DNA of 48,493 nucleotides from an uncultured Chthoniobacterales bacterium (GTDB lineage: Bacteria > Verrucomicrobiota > Verrucomicrobiia > Chthoniobacterales > CALDSX01), in contig CAZZCL010000005.1 in NCBI GenBank assembly GCA_964652295.1, positions 1 through 48,493 on the forward strand. Direction: 5' to 3'. This document shows positions 18,186-27,988 of the stretch, in pieces. The notes beneath the pieces were generated by a model. That model saw only the letters and a program-made list of their open reading frames with translations. It was not told where the DNA came from and ran no database searches. Position 1 is the stretch's first letter; every line of letters starts with the position of its first letter. Position numbers and translations under genes: made by a program.

Positions 18186-18299
18186 TCTGCGCCGAACAAG
18201 GGGCTGCTGAAGGACATTCTCGGGGTCAGACGGGAACTCTCGCTCCTCCAGAATCCACACTCAAGTAATAGAAGTAAGAAAGAACGCAACACTGATGAC

Positions 18300-18354
18300 C
18301 TGATAAGAAATTGCTTTTTAGGCGGCTCCCGGTAGCTGATAGGAATTTGCTTTT
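18300..18354. repeat. 19-bp imperfect direct repeat, possibly IS91-like terminus remnants
   Basis: CTGATAAGAAATTGCTTTT (18300-18318) and CTGATAGGAATTTGCTTTT (18336-18354), 17/19 identical. A GC hairpin CGGCGGC-GTA-GCCGCCG follows. Confidence 0.4.
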
Positions 18355-18397
18355 CGGCGGCGTAGCCGCCGGGGTGGCATTGGGGGTGAGGGTTCAT

Positions 18398-18859
18398 TCA
18401 GGCCATATTCGGGTGACCCGGGTCGCCGCAGCCGCTTTGGATGTTGAGGCTGATCTCGATGCCGAGGCGGTCGGCCTCACGGATCGCGTGGGCGAAGTTC
18501 TACTTCCATCCGTCACTCATGAAGGCCGGGCCGGGCGGATCGGCCAGTTTGGCTCCGTTGTCGCAAATGAGGGCTCCACCGATGCCGTTTGCCTTCATCG
18601 CCTCAAGGTCCTGCGGGATGGATTGCCTGGTGGCCTGTCCCGCATGCCAGAACCACCAGACCCGGAGGCGTGCTTCCTGAGGTGGATTCGCGAATCCCTC
18701 CGCCAGGACGGAATAGTCGATCCATGGCCGGGTTTGAAAATACGACGAATCCCGCTCCGGCTGGCCGGCATGCGGCTCTGCCATCCCTTGCGCAAGAAAA
18801 GCGATTGATGCGAATACGATGACACGTTTCGTGATTGCTTGCTTAATTACCATTTCCAT
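18398..18859 (-). pseudogene. Truncated GH106-like alpha-L-rhamnosidase N-terminus
   Basis: Signal peptide, FANPPQEARLRVWWFW, DLEAMKANGIGGA, AFMSDGWK; in-frame TAG at 18500-18502; then NFAHAIREADRLGIEISLNIQSG and a stop at 18398. Confidence 0.75.
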
Positions 18860-20675
18860 TCGATTTGTTTTTTGGCGATACCTTGATCGGTGAACCCGTT
18901 TGTATCGAAGTCGAGAAGGGACCCGCCTTCAAATCGCCACGGTCACGAGGCATGCCGAAGAAGTCCTTATCGATGGAAAGCCTGGAAGCGTCCGGATTCA
19001 GGAAAGGAGCTTTCGAAATTCGGGTTAGACCGAGGCCTTCGGTTTCGACCAGCCTTCGATCTGCGGTTTTCGATTCTTCGGGGGCGGACTCGAATACCAG
19101 ATAGTAACCATCGTTCTTTTTCTTCAGTTCCACCGAGCCATCCGTGAAAACATTGCCTTCGATCGACATCGTCCCGGAAAAGCGCCCGTAAACGTCCAGG
19201 TTGAGCCCGTCCAGAAAGAGGTTGTTGTAGAAGCGGTTGTCGCCGCAGGGCGTCTTGTGCAGGCCGGCGATCTCGGTCGAATGCGGCTTGTGGTAAGGTG
19301 TTTCGCGAACCTGAGGCTTAACCTCGATCGTCCCGAAGGCCAGATTGTGGGCGTAGGTGCCGCCGCTCGACCAGTCGCGAAGGAAGTTTTCCGAAAGGAA
19401 GATATTGTTATCGATCACAAAGGGGCCGTGGTTCACCTCCACGAAAAGGTCCGGCTCGCGGTGGTCGTGAAGGAGATTGCCCGTGACACGTGCTCCCTGC
19501 GTCATCCAGTCCAGCCAAATACCTCGATACCCGGAATGAATATGGTTGTCCTGGATCAGCACATCAATGGGAGCGTGGATCTTGATTCCGGCCATCTCAG
19601 CGCCGTCATACAGTGCCCGGACGTGGATATCGTGGATGTGATTATCGCGGATGGTGCTGAAAACCGCACCCATGCTTCCCACGATGCCTGCCTGTTCGCA
19701 GTGGGAGATGTGGTTGTTCCTGACCATATGCCCGCCGATCTTCTCTTTCGACCACCCGTTCTTTAACGCCCGTTCAATGGTCCGGTTGTAGGCATCGGCC
19801 GATTGGGAGCGGTTGTCCCACTCGTCCCCGTATTTGCCCAGCGTGACGCCCACGCAGGCGGAGTAACGGATCGTGTTGTGTTCAATGATCCAGCCTTTGC
19901 TCCAGTGGGTGCCGATGAGGCCGACCTGCTCGGCGGTCGGGGGAGCCCATGGTGTCGCGGCATGTTCCAGGGTGAAGCCGCGAACCGTGATGAAGTTGCG
20001 GCCGGGAGAGTCCGGATAGAAAACAGCTCTACGGTAGGTGACTTCGACCAACGCCTGATTCGGGTCGGTATCCCTGAATTGGGCCCGAATGGTGGTGTGC
20101 CCGTCATCAACGGTGGCGAACCAGAGAAGATCGTCGGCTTCCGGGTCCGCGGGCTGCATGACGGCATCCAGATCCCTGGCCTGGACCAGCCAGTGGCCGT
20201 TCAGAAGAACGGAACCCGGGCTGTGCACACGACCCTTCGGCTTGAACCAGTCTCCTGAGATCTTGTCGCCGTAAGGATTGTAGTCCCCGAATGAGGAATT
20301 TTCCAGCACGACCTTCCAGGTGTCATTGACCTCCTTGACCCAACCGTCGACGACTTCGGAGCCCTTGATGGTGACATCCGCCCCGGGAGCGGCCCGAAAA
20401 ACAATGCGCTGATCTTCGGAGGCCCCGCCGCGCGGCGGGTTGACGTGCTCGCGATACACTCCTTCATGCACCGTTACCGTATCGCCCGGCAGGGCCATCT
20501 CCGCCGCCTTTTGAATTGTCCTGAACGGCTTTGCCAAGCTCCCCGGATTCGCATCTGCACCCTTGAGGGAAACATGGTATTCAGCACCTTCAAGAGCGAG
20601 TTGTGAAAGCAGCAGGTGGCAGGCTAAGAAGATTGCTCGTCTTGTATACATAGTCGATAGATGGATTTTATCCAA
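18843..20675 (-). CDS. GH120 beta-xylosidase (beta-helix), secreted
   Basis: EYHVSLKGAD..PGSLAKPFRTIQKAA, HEGVYRE, ATPWAPPTAEQVGLIGTHWSKGWIIE, GIWLDWMTQG, FVEVNHGP as in GH120 XylC-type enzymes; N-terminal signal peptide. Confidence 0.85.
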   Translation of the reverse strand: MDKIHLSTMYTRRAIFLACHLLLSQLALEGAEYHVSLKGADANPGSLAKPFRTIQKAAEMALPGDTVTVHEGVYREHVNPPRGGASEDQRIVFRAAPGADVTIKGSEVVDGWVKEVNDTWKVVLENSSFGDYNPYGDKISGDWFKPKGRVHSPGSVLLNGHWLVQARDLDAVMQPADPEADDLLWFATVDDGHTTIRAQFRDTDPNQALVEVTYRRAVFYPDSPGRNFITVRGFTLEHAATPWAPPTAEQVGLIGTHWSKGWIIEHNTIRYSACVGVTLGKYGDEWDNRSQSADAYNRTIERALKNGWSKEKIGGHMVRNNHISHCEQAGIVGSMGAVFSTIRDNHIHDIHVRALYDGAEMAGIKIHAPIDVLIQDNHIHSGYRGIWLDWMTQGARVTGNLLHDHREPDLFVEVNHGPFVIDNNIFLSENFLRDWSSGGTYAHNLAFGTIEVKPQVRETPYHKPHSTEIAGLHKTPCGDNRFYNNLFLDGLNLDVYGRFSGTMSIEGNVFTDGSVELKKKNDGYYLVFESAPEESKTADRRLVETEGLGLTRISKAPFLNPDASRLSIDKDFFGMPRDRGDLKAGPFSTSIQTGSPIKVSPKNKSNGNGN

Positions 20676-20807
20676 TTCGAAGACTTTGATAATTGTGACT
20701 AGCCCGCATTATTCACCAACTGGATAGGAATGAGTTATGTTCCGGTGCCTTGGTGAACAATGCGGGCGAACCATTTTCTCAATCTGAAGATGTGCCAACA
20801 TCTTTCT

Positions 20808-20834
20808 TGCGCACCCCTAGATATAATTTGCGCA
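20808..20834. promoter_or_regulatory. Bipartite operator copy 2 (TGCGCA-N15-TGCGCA)
   Basis: About 130-160 bp upstream of the GH120 start; 21-bp period. Confidence 0.65.
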
Positions 20835-20986
20835 TTTTCGAAACCGATCCGCACTAAAAGAGGATCTGACGAGGCCGTCCCGAGTCTCCGGCGATCCCAT
20901 TTATTCGACCTGTTGCCGGAAGTCGCTCAAGGAAGTCCAGATCGCGGGCCAGCGTACGCGGGCTGACCTTCTCCAGCCTGCAAAGG

Positions 20987-21207
20987 GAGATCTACCCCGA
21001 GGTCTACGAGCGCGAGTACGGCTTCCTGCGCCCGATCATCCCTGAGGTGGTCGAGAAGTTCATGGGCAAGAAAGCCCGAGATCCTTGGGGCAAGATGACC
21101 ATGGAGCAGGTCATGGACGAGCTTCGTGGTCCGGTGGAGGTGCCTCCCGAGGCGTAAATCTGAGATCGTATTTCCCGGATCTGCCCCTCTTGAAACAGCA
21201 AAGCTGA
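20987..21207 (+). pseudogene. Mosaic of remnants: IS91-like transposase N-terminal fragment plus AbrB/VapC-like C-terminal fragments
   Basis: EIYPEVYEREYGFLRPIIPEVVEKFM (IS91-like) is fused to ...MTMEQVMDELRGPVEVPPEA* (AbrB-type antitoxin tail), followed by LRSYFPDLPLL (PIN toxin-like tail). Confidence 0.4.
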
Positions 21208-21289
21208 AAAAGCCGGGCAGCGGAGATTTCGGATCGAGGCGAGTGCAGGATCAGCTCAACTCGCGCACGGGAACCATCCACTTCGAACG

Positions 21290-21955
21290 TCATGGTTTTG
21301 AGATTGGGCGGCTGGTTGTTGTCTTTTCTTCAAAAAATTTCTCCACCGCAGCCAGAAGCTCAGGCGGAAAGGTAATCGCCTCAGGCGTGCTTGAAACCTG
21401 ATAGTCAAAAACCAGCCCTCCCAAAGTTCTTCGAAGCGGAAGCTTCGTCTCAATTGCAACAAATGCGGTTTCCTGAACTTCGCGATTGGACTCTCTGGAG
21501 AAGACGTGGCACTTGATACCGTTGACGTCCATGACCCCTGAAGAGTTGGTCGATCGAACCCAGAGAAGTTCGGGAAAATCGGAGGTTCCGAAGTCAATGT
21601 CCGGCCGCTCCTCGTTGAAATGCGGCATAACAAAATACGTGGGGCTTCCCGAGCGCTTGAGCACCACGACGCCGCGCACGCGCCAAAAGGTCTCCTCATC
21701 GCCATTCGAGTAGGTAACGACGTGAATGGAGCGCTCCCCGGTTCTTTTGCCCGTGCTCTTGATGAGCTGGCGGCGTGTTGGGGCGGGTGGCTTTGCTCCT
21801 TCCGCCGGCTGGCTGGTTGCTGCCCATGTCGCCGGATCGCCAGCTGTCAGATGAAGGGCATCTTCACCCCGCACTGTCTTTGGCTTCCCATTTTCTTCTG
21901 CGCTGAGTTGCGAAACCAAGCACCCAAAAAGTAGAATTAAAAAAAACGCTTTCAT
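21290..21955 (-). CDS. Secreted hypothetical protein, last gene of the pilin-like cassette
   Basis: Signal peptide MKAFFLILLFGCLVSQLSA; ATGA overlap with the cassette A gene; DFPELLWV motif. Confidence 0.75.
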   Translation of the reverse strand: MKAFFLILLFGCLVSQLSAEENGKPKTVRGEDALHLTAGDPATWAATSQPAEGAKPPAPTRRQLIKSTGKRTGERSIHVVTYSNGDEETFWRVRGVVVLKRSGSPTYFVMPHFNEERPDIDFGTSDFPELLWVRSTNSSGVMDVNGIKCHVFSRESNREVQETAFVAIETKLPLRRTLGGLVFDYQVSSTPEAITFPPELLAAVEKFFEEKTTTSRPISKP

Positions 21956-24900
21956 TCGACTACAAGTTCGGAAGTTCTCTCGAGAACTTCTCCGGTGAAA
22001 CGATCGATGGCCACATGCACCCAGTAGCGTTTTTCACCCTCGACGAGAAATTGTCCATTCACGTTTCGTCCCGGCTGGGCAATGACATCAATCATGAGAT
22101 TCCATACCCTTGTTGTTGATACATCCGCCAAGGCCCGCACGACGGCCTCCCGACGTCGCTTGACGATGGCATCGTCGGTGCTGCTCGGGGAGAGGGGAAA
22201 TGCGGTCGGCGAACCGACGAAGCGGTTCACGAGCTCAGCGCGGTTTTGCAAGGGGGTGGTTTGTGTCGTGGTGACCAATGCCTGTGCGAGGCTGTTACTC
22301 TGTGCGTCCAGAAGAGGCACGGGAGCGGTGCCTGTGCCCGAGAGAGGGGTTTCGTCCTTCAAGGTGCCTGCGATCATGGCCTCAAGCACCTCAGCGTTGC
22401 GGGTGTTCGGATTGATCACTCCAGCACGCAGGCCGGTGACGGTGGGTTCCTTGAGGCAGAAGATATCCAAAAGGGCGCTGTCGCCGCTGTTTGCTGTAAA
22501 GAAATCGATGCTTTTCCATGGGGTGTCACGAAAGACATACCCCAACTCTCCAACGGAACGGAACGGGCGGTTCAGGATAATGGGACGGCTGAAGTTGCGC
22601 CCGCCACTCACATTGGCGCTCAGCGCCAATGGTTGGCCCGCGTAGTTTCCCGAGGTCTCATAAACTCCATCAGCGCCCCGGACCACCCCATCGGGATCGT
22701 GATAGTAGGTATTGAGTGCACCTACATTGGCTGCGTTTGCTGAGTTGATAGAAACGGTTCCCAGAAAGGCGGTTGATGCATTGATTCCGCCCGCCTGAGG
22801 CGTGCCCGTCTTCCACCAACCGCTCACCAGCGAATTGTCTGCGGCATTAAAGAAAATTTGGCGATGTCTCCCTGCACCCAAGTCGGGTCGAAGATTGCTC
22901 CAAAGTGTCGAGTCGCCACCATCATCGCGACTGGCTGGAAAGCGGCCACTTCTGGGGTCCCAGAGGGATTGTTGGGGCAGGGGTGAGACCGAGACTGCGG
23001 GGAAAGGCTGGTTCACTCTGCGCACGGGGAACTGGCTCCCGAACAGGCCGGAATAAGTGAAATACTCTCTCCACTGCTCGCCGCGTCGATACGCCAAAGT
23101 AATGTCATAGCGACCAATGGTCTTGACCTGGTTGACGTTGGCAACCGTGGTTGGTTCCGGGGGAGTGCTGGGATACGTGGCCGGAATCGTTTGATTCGCT
23201 ATCGTTTCTACGGGGCTGGGCCAGGTCTTTCGGCAACTCACCGCTGATCCTGATGAAATAAAATCAAACGCGCCAACCGGGATAGCCTGCTGCATCCGTG
23301 GGGTTGCTGGAGGAGCGGGCGTGATAGTGCCGCCAGACGGGAGCAATTCCGGCTCTCGAAAGTCCGAGGCATTTGCCGAAAAATCATACGACACTGGCTG
23401 GTATGTTATCTGTGGGTTCTGGGCTTGTTGTGGGAAGCCTGGTGGATTGGTGGGACCAAAGGGTGGACTGGATGCCTTCCAGTTATAGAGCACGCCTGCC
23501 GCGTTCGATGGCGAAACAGTCACTCGAAACTGGGTGGGCGAATCTGGGGGCAACGGAGACGGCTGACCTGTATCGTGCGGATTCCAAAGCTCAGGAACGA
23601 CATAGTTTATCCAACTCCCCAAACTCGGTGCTGCGGGCTCGTCTTGAATTTGCGCTGCCATCATAATACGGTTCAAATAAGGCAAGTCTTCAATACCAAA
23701 AAATCGGAATCCATTGAGACGAATTTCCGTGGGGAAACTTTCAGAATCATATTGATCGATCATGTTGGCCCCGATCTGCAGGACTTGGTATTTGGGCTGC
23801 GTGGAGCGCAACTCGGGGGGACTCGGGTTTCCCGTCCACCCAAACTCCCGTTCCTCCTGTCGGAATGGGCCGGTCGTTCGTTGAGGCCGATAATAAGCAA
23901 ACCCCCTTCCGAGCGATCCCACATGGATCGCCGCTTGCATTAATTCAAAAAAATCCGGTTCCCGAGCTTCGCTGGCGGACAGCGCAGCCACTTCTTGAAG
24001 TCTAAGGATGCGCTGGGGATCCCGTCCCCCAAACGGAGTGCCGGACGAAGTGACGCCATAGCTCCAGGCGTTTGCCAAGTTATCCCACGCAAGGCCGAAG
24101 GCTGCCCGGATGTTTTCCCCGGTCCCCCTGTCATTGTATCGCGGGTCGGAGGATGGAAGATCAGCACTGGGGCCGTCGCCTGTAATCCAAGACAGCCTTT
24201 CAAGTGGAAACCTGTTCGTTACCAGCGGCTCGCGGACCTGTGCCTGGGAGCCGCTGAGGCGTTCAAACGGATGCTGCACGCGCACCATCGGCAGTGCCGG
24301 GTTGAACTGATCATCCAGTCCCACCGCCATGTTCCCGCCGGCAGAAAGCACGGCGTCTCGGGGATTGGAAGCGTCTCCGAGAATCCTGGGTCTCGCTGGG
24401 TCGGGAAGCCATGACGGGGCGTCAAGATCACGACTGGTTGTTCCAAGATACCGGAGGTAGTTCTGGCGCTCTGCCACCGACCCGCCGGACAGCTGCTTGA
24501 GAACGAAGTCGATGAGCGATTGTCGCGAGGGAAAGGCGCGGTCCGCGGATGTGCCGCTGCCGCCGACGGTGAGGTGCCCATTGGGATGTTCCAGAGAAAG
24601 CTCCAGATAGCGATCCGCACCTGCATCCAAGGTGGAGCGGTTCCGCCAACCCACCAGCGTCTGGCTGTCGGCTGCCGAGATCCCGATGCGAGTGAGATCG
24701 GCGGCGGCAAGAATTCCTTTCCGCCCAACGGGTTCCGTCTGCGTTTCGGCGGGCATGCCGCTGGCATCGGCGGGATACCCTGCAACGTTCATATCTAACA
24801 ATCCTCCGGCATCATAGATAGCGTAAGCGAAGCGTCCGATCACATCCGCATTGACCTGCTGGGGATTTCCTCCATTGCGGTCCACGTAGATCCACGTTGG

Positions 24901-25494
24901 AATCTGGAAGGAATCGTCACCCGTAACCGCTGGCGTTGGATCCGTCGCGGAGGGGTTTGCCTTGGGCAGCAGGAGTGTGCGGTTCCATCGGGCCGGGCTG
25001 ACAAATCGGCCATTCCTCGATGGTGTTGTGGTCGCATCTGTCGAGGCGCGCTGGCTTGGCGGATGGGCAGCCGCATTTGGAAACACGGGCTGCCCGTTAA
25101 ATTCCGTTGCCGAATCAAAAAAGGGCTGTGCAGAGCTCCATTTGACAAGATTGGCTGGTCGCAAGCTTGCAGTTGGATACGGCAACGCGCTGCGGGCCGT
25201 GGCAGGAACATACGTCGCAAAGAGTGTTCCATCACTGATCTCGAGCACAACCCCAGAGCTGCCCGCGGCGATCTCTTGTTTCAGGTCACCGAGGACGGTA
25301 TCGACGGCTCCCCGAGCCAGTCGCTCGGCACGAATGGTATTCGCGCTGTGCGCCGATACTTGGCGGTTGCTGACTGCTCTGGAGAAAAACGCCAACACCA
25401 GCCCTGTGACCAATACGAGAAGAGCCAAAACGACAACCAGAGCGAATCCGCTTCTGCGAGGTAAGGGGAGGAGGGGAGGGAAATCAGTTTTCAT
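21952..25494 (-). CDS. Verru_Chthon cassette protein A-like (large PilX/GspK-type prepilin-like protein)
   Basis: Prepilin-like RRSG/FALVVVLALLVLV lacking Glu5; 1180 aa; conserved-looking IGRFAYAIYD, ILNRPFRSVGELGYVFRD and EGEKRYWVHVAIDRFTG. Confidence 0.8.
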   Translation of the reverse strand: MKTDFPPLLPLPRRSGFALVVVLALLVLVTGLVLAFFSRAVSNRQVSAHSANTIRAERLARGAVDTVLGDLKQEIAAGSSGVVLEISDGTLFATYVPATARSALPYPTASLRPANLVKWSSAQPFFDSATEFNGQPVFPNAAAHPPSQRASTDATTTPSRNGRFVSPARWNRTLLLPKANPSATDPTPAVTGDDSFQIPTWIYVDRNGGNPQQVNADVIGRFAYAIYDAGGLLDMNVAGYPADASGMPAETQTEPVGRKGILAAADLTRIGISAADSQTLVGWRNRSTLDAGADRYLELSLEHPNGHLTVGGSGTSADRAFPSRQSLIDFVLKQLSGGSVAERQNYLRYLGTTSRDLDAPSWLPDPARPRILGDASNPRDAVLSAGGNMAVGLDDQFNPALPMVRVQHPFERLSGSQAQVREPLVTNRFPLERLSWITGDGPSADLPSSDPRYNDRGTGENIRAAFGLAWDNLANAWSYGVTSSGTPFGGRDPQRILRLQEVAALSASEAREPDFFELMQAAIHVGSLGRGFAYYRPQRTTGPFRQEEREFGWTGNPSPPELRSTQPKYQVLQIGANMIDQYDSESFPTEIRLNGFRFFGIEDLPYLNRIMMAAQIQDEPAAPSLGSWINYVVPELWNPHDTGQPSPLPPDSPTQFRVTVSPSNAAGVLYNWKASSPPFGPTNPPGFPQQAQNPQITYQPVSYDFSANASDFREPELLPSGGTITPAPPATPRMQQAIPVGAFDFISSGSAVSCRKTWPSPVETIANQTIPATYPSTPPEPTTVANVNQVKTIGRYDITLAYRRGEQWREYFTYSGLFGSQFPVRRVNQPFPAVSVSPLPQQSLWDPRSGRFPASRDDGGDSTLWSNLRPDLGAGRHRQIFFNAADNSLVSGWWKTGTPQAGGINASTAFLGTVSINSANAANVGALNTYYHDPDGVVRGADGVYETSGNYAGQPLALSANVSGGRNFSRPIILNRPFRSVGELGYVFRDTPWKSIDFFTANSGDSALLDIFCLKEPTVTGLRAGVINPNTRNAEVLEAMIAGTLKDETPLSGTGTAPVPLLDAQSNSLAQALVTTTQTTPLQNRAELVNRFVGSPTAFPLSPSSTDDAIVKRRREAVVRALADVSTTRVWNLMIDVIAQPGRNVNGQFLVEGEKRYWVHVAIDRFTGEVLERTSELVVE

Positions 25495-26434
25495 GGAGAA
25501 GGAAAACGCGCTGGTAAATTCGAATCTGGCCTGCCTGGCTCGGTGATATTCCTGCTTCGCTGGAAAATCCCGGAGACTCCAAAGCTTTTTTCCAAATCGA
25601 GGCCATCAATACCGGGGGGTCTGCCTCCAAGTCCTGCGTGGTCACGTCTGGCAGGGCGGATGCGACAAGCCCCATATTCTCGATGGTGATCCGGCTCGTT
25701 GCATCCATGCTGGCGATGGTCACGACAATCGCCTTCACTTCGTTGAGATTCGGAAAGCCGTCTCCATCGGCGTCATCCCAAGGCCGCCAGTTTGCATCGG
25801 GCAAAAACAGCCTCCCGTCGCGATCCATCAGACAGAATTCCATACGGAAAACATCCCCGGAGATTGTCTGGTAATCGTCGCTGGTGCCGTTGTAGTTGGG
25901 AGGCGCCCCCAGTTCAGCAGGCCAATTTCCTGCGAGAGTCGTCTCAGGAATTGCCCCGCTCGCATTCAACCGGACAAACACAGGCTGGTTCTGGGGATCT
26001 TCCCACAGAAGCGCCTTCCCCAAACGTTCGAGTTCAAACCGCGAATTGATCCGGTATCCAATCAATGAGAGCGGGCTGACTTGCGAGGATTGGGCAGCCG
26101 ACACGTAACCCGGTCCCTCGCTCTGGAAGAATATTTTGTCATTTCCCGGCTGCTTGGAAAAAATGGCATCCAAGTCGGCGCCGGGACGCTTCACTGCTCT
26201 GGAAAAATCCCGTGCCATCACGGCGAAGACATTCCTTCCTGCGGAGTCGGATTCAATGCGCCGTTGGCTGGAAGAGGTCGTCTGACCGGTGCTCGACACC
26301 ATCTGCAACATGAGCACGAGGAGAAGACCCACCACAACGGTTGCAACCAGCACTTCCACCAGACTGAATGCGGACGAGTTGCGCTCTTCGCATGGAAGAA
26401 TGTGCCTGAGTCTCTTCTGTTTGGCCATCCACAT
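25484..26434 (-). CDS. Verru_Chthon cassette protein C-like (PilW/GspJ-type prepilin)
   Basis: SA/FSLVEVLVAT N-methylation motif; overlaps the A gene. Confidence 0.8.
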   Translation of the reverse strand: MWMAKQKRLRHILPCEERNSSAFSLVEVLVATVVVGLLLVLMLQMVSSTGQTTSSSQRRIESDSAGRNVFAVMARDFSRAVKRPGADLDAIFSKQPGNDKIFFQSEGPGYVSAAQSSQVSPLSLIGYRINSRFELERLGKALLWEDPQNQPVFVRLNASGAIPETTLAGNWPAELGAPPNYNGTSDDYQTISGDVFRMEFCLMDRDGRLFLPDANWRPWDDADGDGFPNLNEVKAIVVTIASMDATSRITIENMGLVASALPDVTTQDLEADPPVLMASIWKKALESPGFSSEAGISPSQAGQIRIYQRVFLLHEN

Positions 26435-26435
26435 A

Positions 26436-26957
26436 TCAGTTTCTGTCCAGACTGGTCAACATTTCAAATCTGCCCGAAGCGTCCGCCGCATTCATTTGGG
26501 CAGGCCACGTGACGAGGATGACCAAGGGAACGGCATTGCGCCCACTGGCGGGGCTGAAACGGACCGTGATCCGATACTTGCCGGTTTGATCGGTGTAAGC
26601 CACGCCTGAGGCATCATTTCGGCTTCCGCCGACGTCCAAAAAGAGTTCGACCTGCGAGGCATTCCGACCATCGAACTGAATCCCATAAATCGGGGAGCCG
26701 TCGGTCGAAGATTTGCTGCTACCATCCGGATTGAATTGTCGGGAGGTGGATCGAATATCCGATTCAAGCAGCGCAGCGATGTTTGCGGCTTCTGTTTCCT
26801 GTGTGGCATCCCGGTTTGTGCCAAGGGCGACGGGAAGCAACCCAAGAACGGCCAGGAGGGCAAAAGCCACAATTCCAATGGCTATCACGACTTCCACCAG
26901 CGAAAATCCTCGGGCTGCCAAGGCCATCCATGATGGCATACGAGTGGAAATTTTCAT
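26436..26957 (-). CDS. Verru_Chthon cassette protein B-like (PilV/GspI-type prepilin)
   Basis: RG/FSLVEVVIAIGIVAFALLAVLGLLPVAL, the characteristic cassette-B N-terminus; ILVTWPA near the C-terminus. Confidence 0.85.
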   Translation of the reverse strand: MKISTRMPSWMALAARGFSLVEVVIAIGIVAFALLAVLGLLPVALGTNRDATQETEAANIAALLESDIRSTSRQFNPDGSSKSSTDGSPIYGIQFDGRNASQVELFLDVGGSRNDASGVAYTDQTGKYRITVRFSPASGRNAVPLVILVTWPAQMNAADASGRFEMLTSLDRN

Positions 26958-27826
26958 GGCCGATAGATCGTCGTTGTGCCGATAAGTCCGTCCACATGCA
27001 CGGCAGCCGCATTGCTGTCATCTGGAACCAGTGTGTTGCCCTTGGTTGCGCGGAGACCGAACTCCAGCTGTCGGCCCAGGATCGGAGCACCCCCCGTCAC
27101 AATTCTTGCGGAGCCATTGGGATCAAACTCGATGACGTGGCGAAATGTGTATTGAGCCCCCGCACCCGAAGAACCAAGCGGGTGGCTGAACCCAATCGAG
27201 GACTCGGAGGCGGATGCACCGATTCGGAAAGAGGCGGGCACTTCCGGCCTCACCATTCCACTTGCCGCAGCACCGGGGTCGAGTGTGGACGCAAGGTGGA
27301 TGTTCTCCAGGCGCATGAGCTTCCCAATCTGCACAAGACCCGTTCCATCGGCCGTCTTGGACTGCCAATCGGAGGCCACGTCCTGCGCGGGGTCATAGAT
27401 TCTCGTGCCATCGCTGGATGCCACGGCCATCATTGCAACCCGCCCAATTCCCTCAGGCTGTGGGCGCGTCGCGGGATTGGCGGTTTGATCTGACTCGTCG
27501 ATGCCAACCCAAACGTAAGTATTGTTGGCCAATGCGTAAGTTCTTGCATGGGACAAAACCTCGGACACCGTGTAGGCAGCAGCCGAAAGCCCCTTGGCAG
27601 ACATGATTCCGGTGATCGCAGGAGTTATCAGGGCCGTCAATAATCCAATGATCGCGAGAACTACCAGCAACTCCATGAGGGAAAATCCTGTGCGTCGCGG
27701 AGGGGTCAAAACGGGCGAAGTGCCTCCAAGGATACACTCTGTATTAAGACATGGTCTTGATCGACCGAGCGCAGCGCTTGGACCGGGATTCGCAAAATGC
27801 AAAGTGTAATGGGAGTGGGGAGACAC
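26954..27826 (-). CDS. Verru_Chthon cassette protein D-like (FimT/GspH-type prepilin); start uncertain
   Basis: TG/FSLMELLVVLAIIGLL, ARTYALANNTYVWVG, IEFDPNG, VDGLIG..TIYRP. Confidence 0.8.
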   Translation of the reverse strand: MSPHSHYTLHFANPGPSAALGRSRPCLNTECILGGTSPVLTPPRRTGFSLMELLVVLAIIGLLTALITPAITGIMSAKGLSAAAYTVSEVLSHARTYALANNTYVWVGIDESDQTANPATRPQPEGIGRVAMMAVASSDGTRIYDPAQDVASDWQSKTADGTGLVQIGKLMRLENIHLASTLDPGAAASGMVRPEVPASFRIGASASESSIGFSHPLGSSGAGAQYTFRHVIEFDPNGSARIVTGGAPILGRQLEFGLRATKGNTLVPDDSNAAAVHVDGLIGTTTIYRP

Positions 27827-27872
27827 TTGTTATTAGATACCACCATAATGAGTTACTCTGCAAATCTCATTA

Positions 27873-27899
27873 TGCGCGAAGTTGAATGAGAAATACGCA
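27873..27899. promoter_or_regulatory. Bipartite operator copy 3 (TGCGCG-N15-TACGCA), nearest the pilin cassette
   Basis: About 50 bp upstream of the D-like ORF start; 21-bp period. Confidence 0.55.
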
Positions 27900-27988
27900 A
27901 CCCAAAATCTCTCAATCGATCTTGCCGTGCTTGGAATGGACTCCCTGTTTCTTGTCCCAACCAATGCATCTGAGCATCTTGGCCAAAT

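Noticed and set aside
18300-18354. Mini CRISPR array
   Set aside because: Only two imperfect 19-bp repeats with a 17-bp spacer and no cas genes. No CRISPR array was seen anywhere in the window.
1690-18859. Stop-codon reassignment explaining the in-frame TAA (2116) and TAG (18500)
   Set aside because: The two stops differ, and TAA, TAG and TGA all terminate intact genes in this window; decay or sequencing error is simpler.
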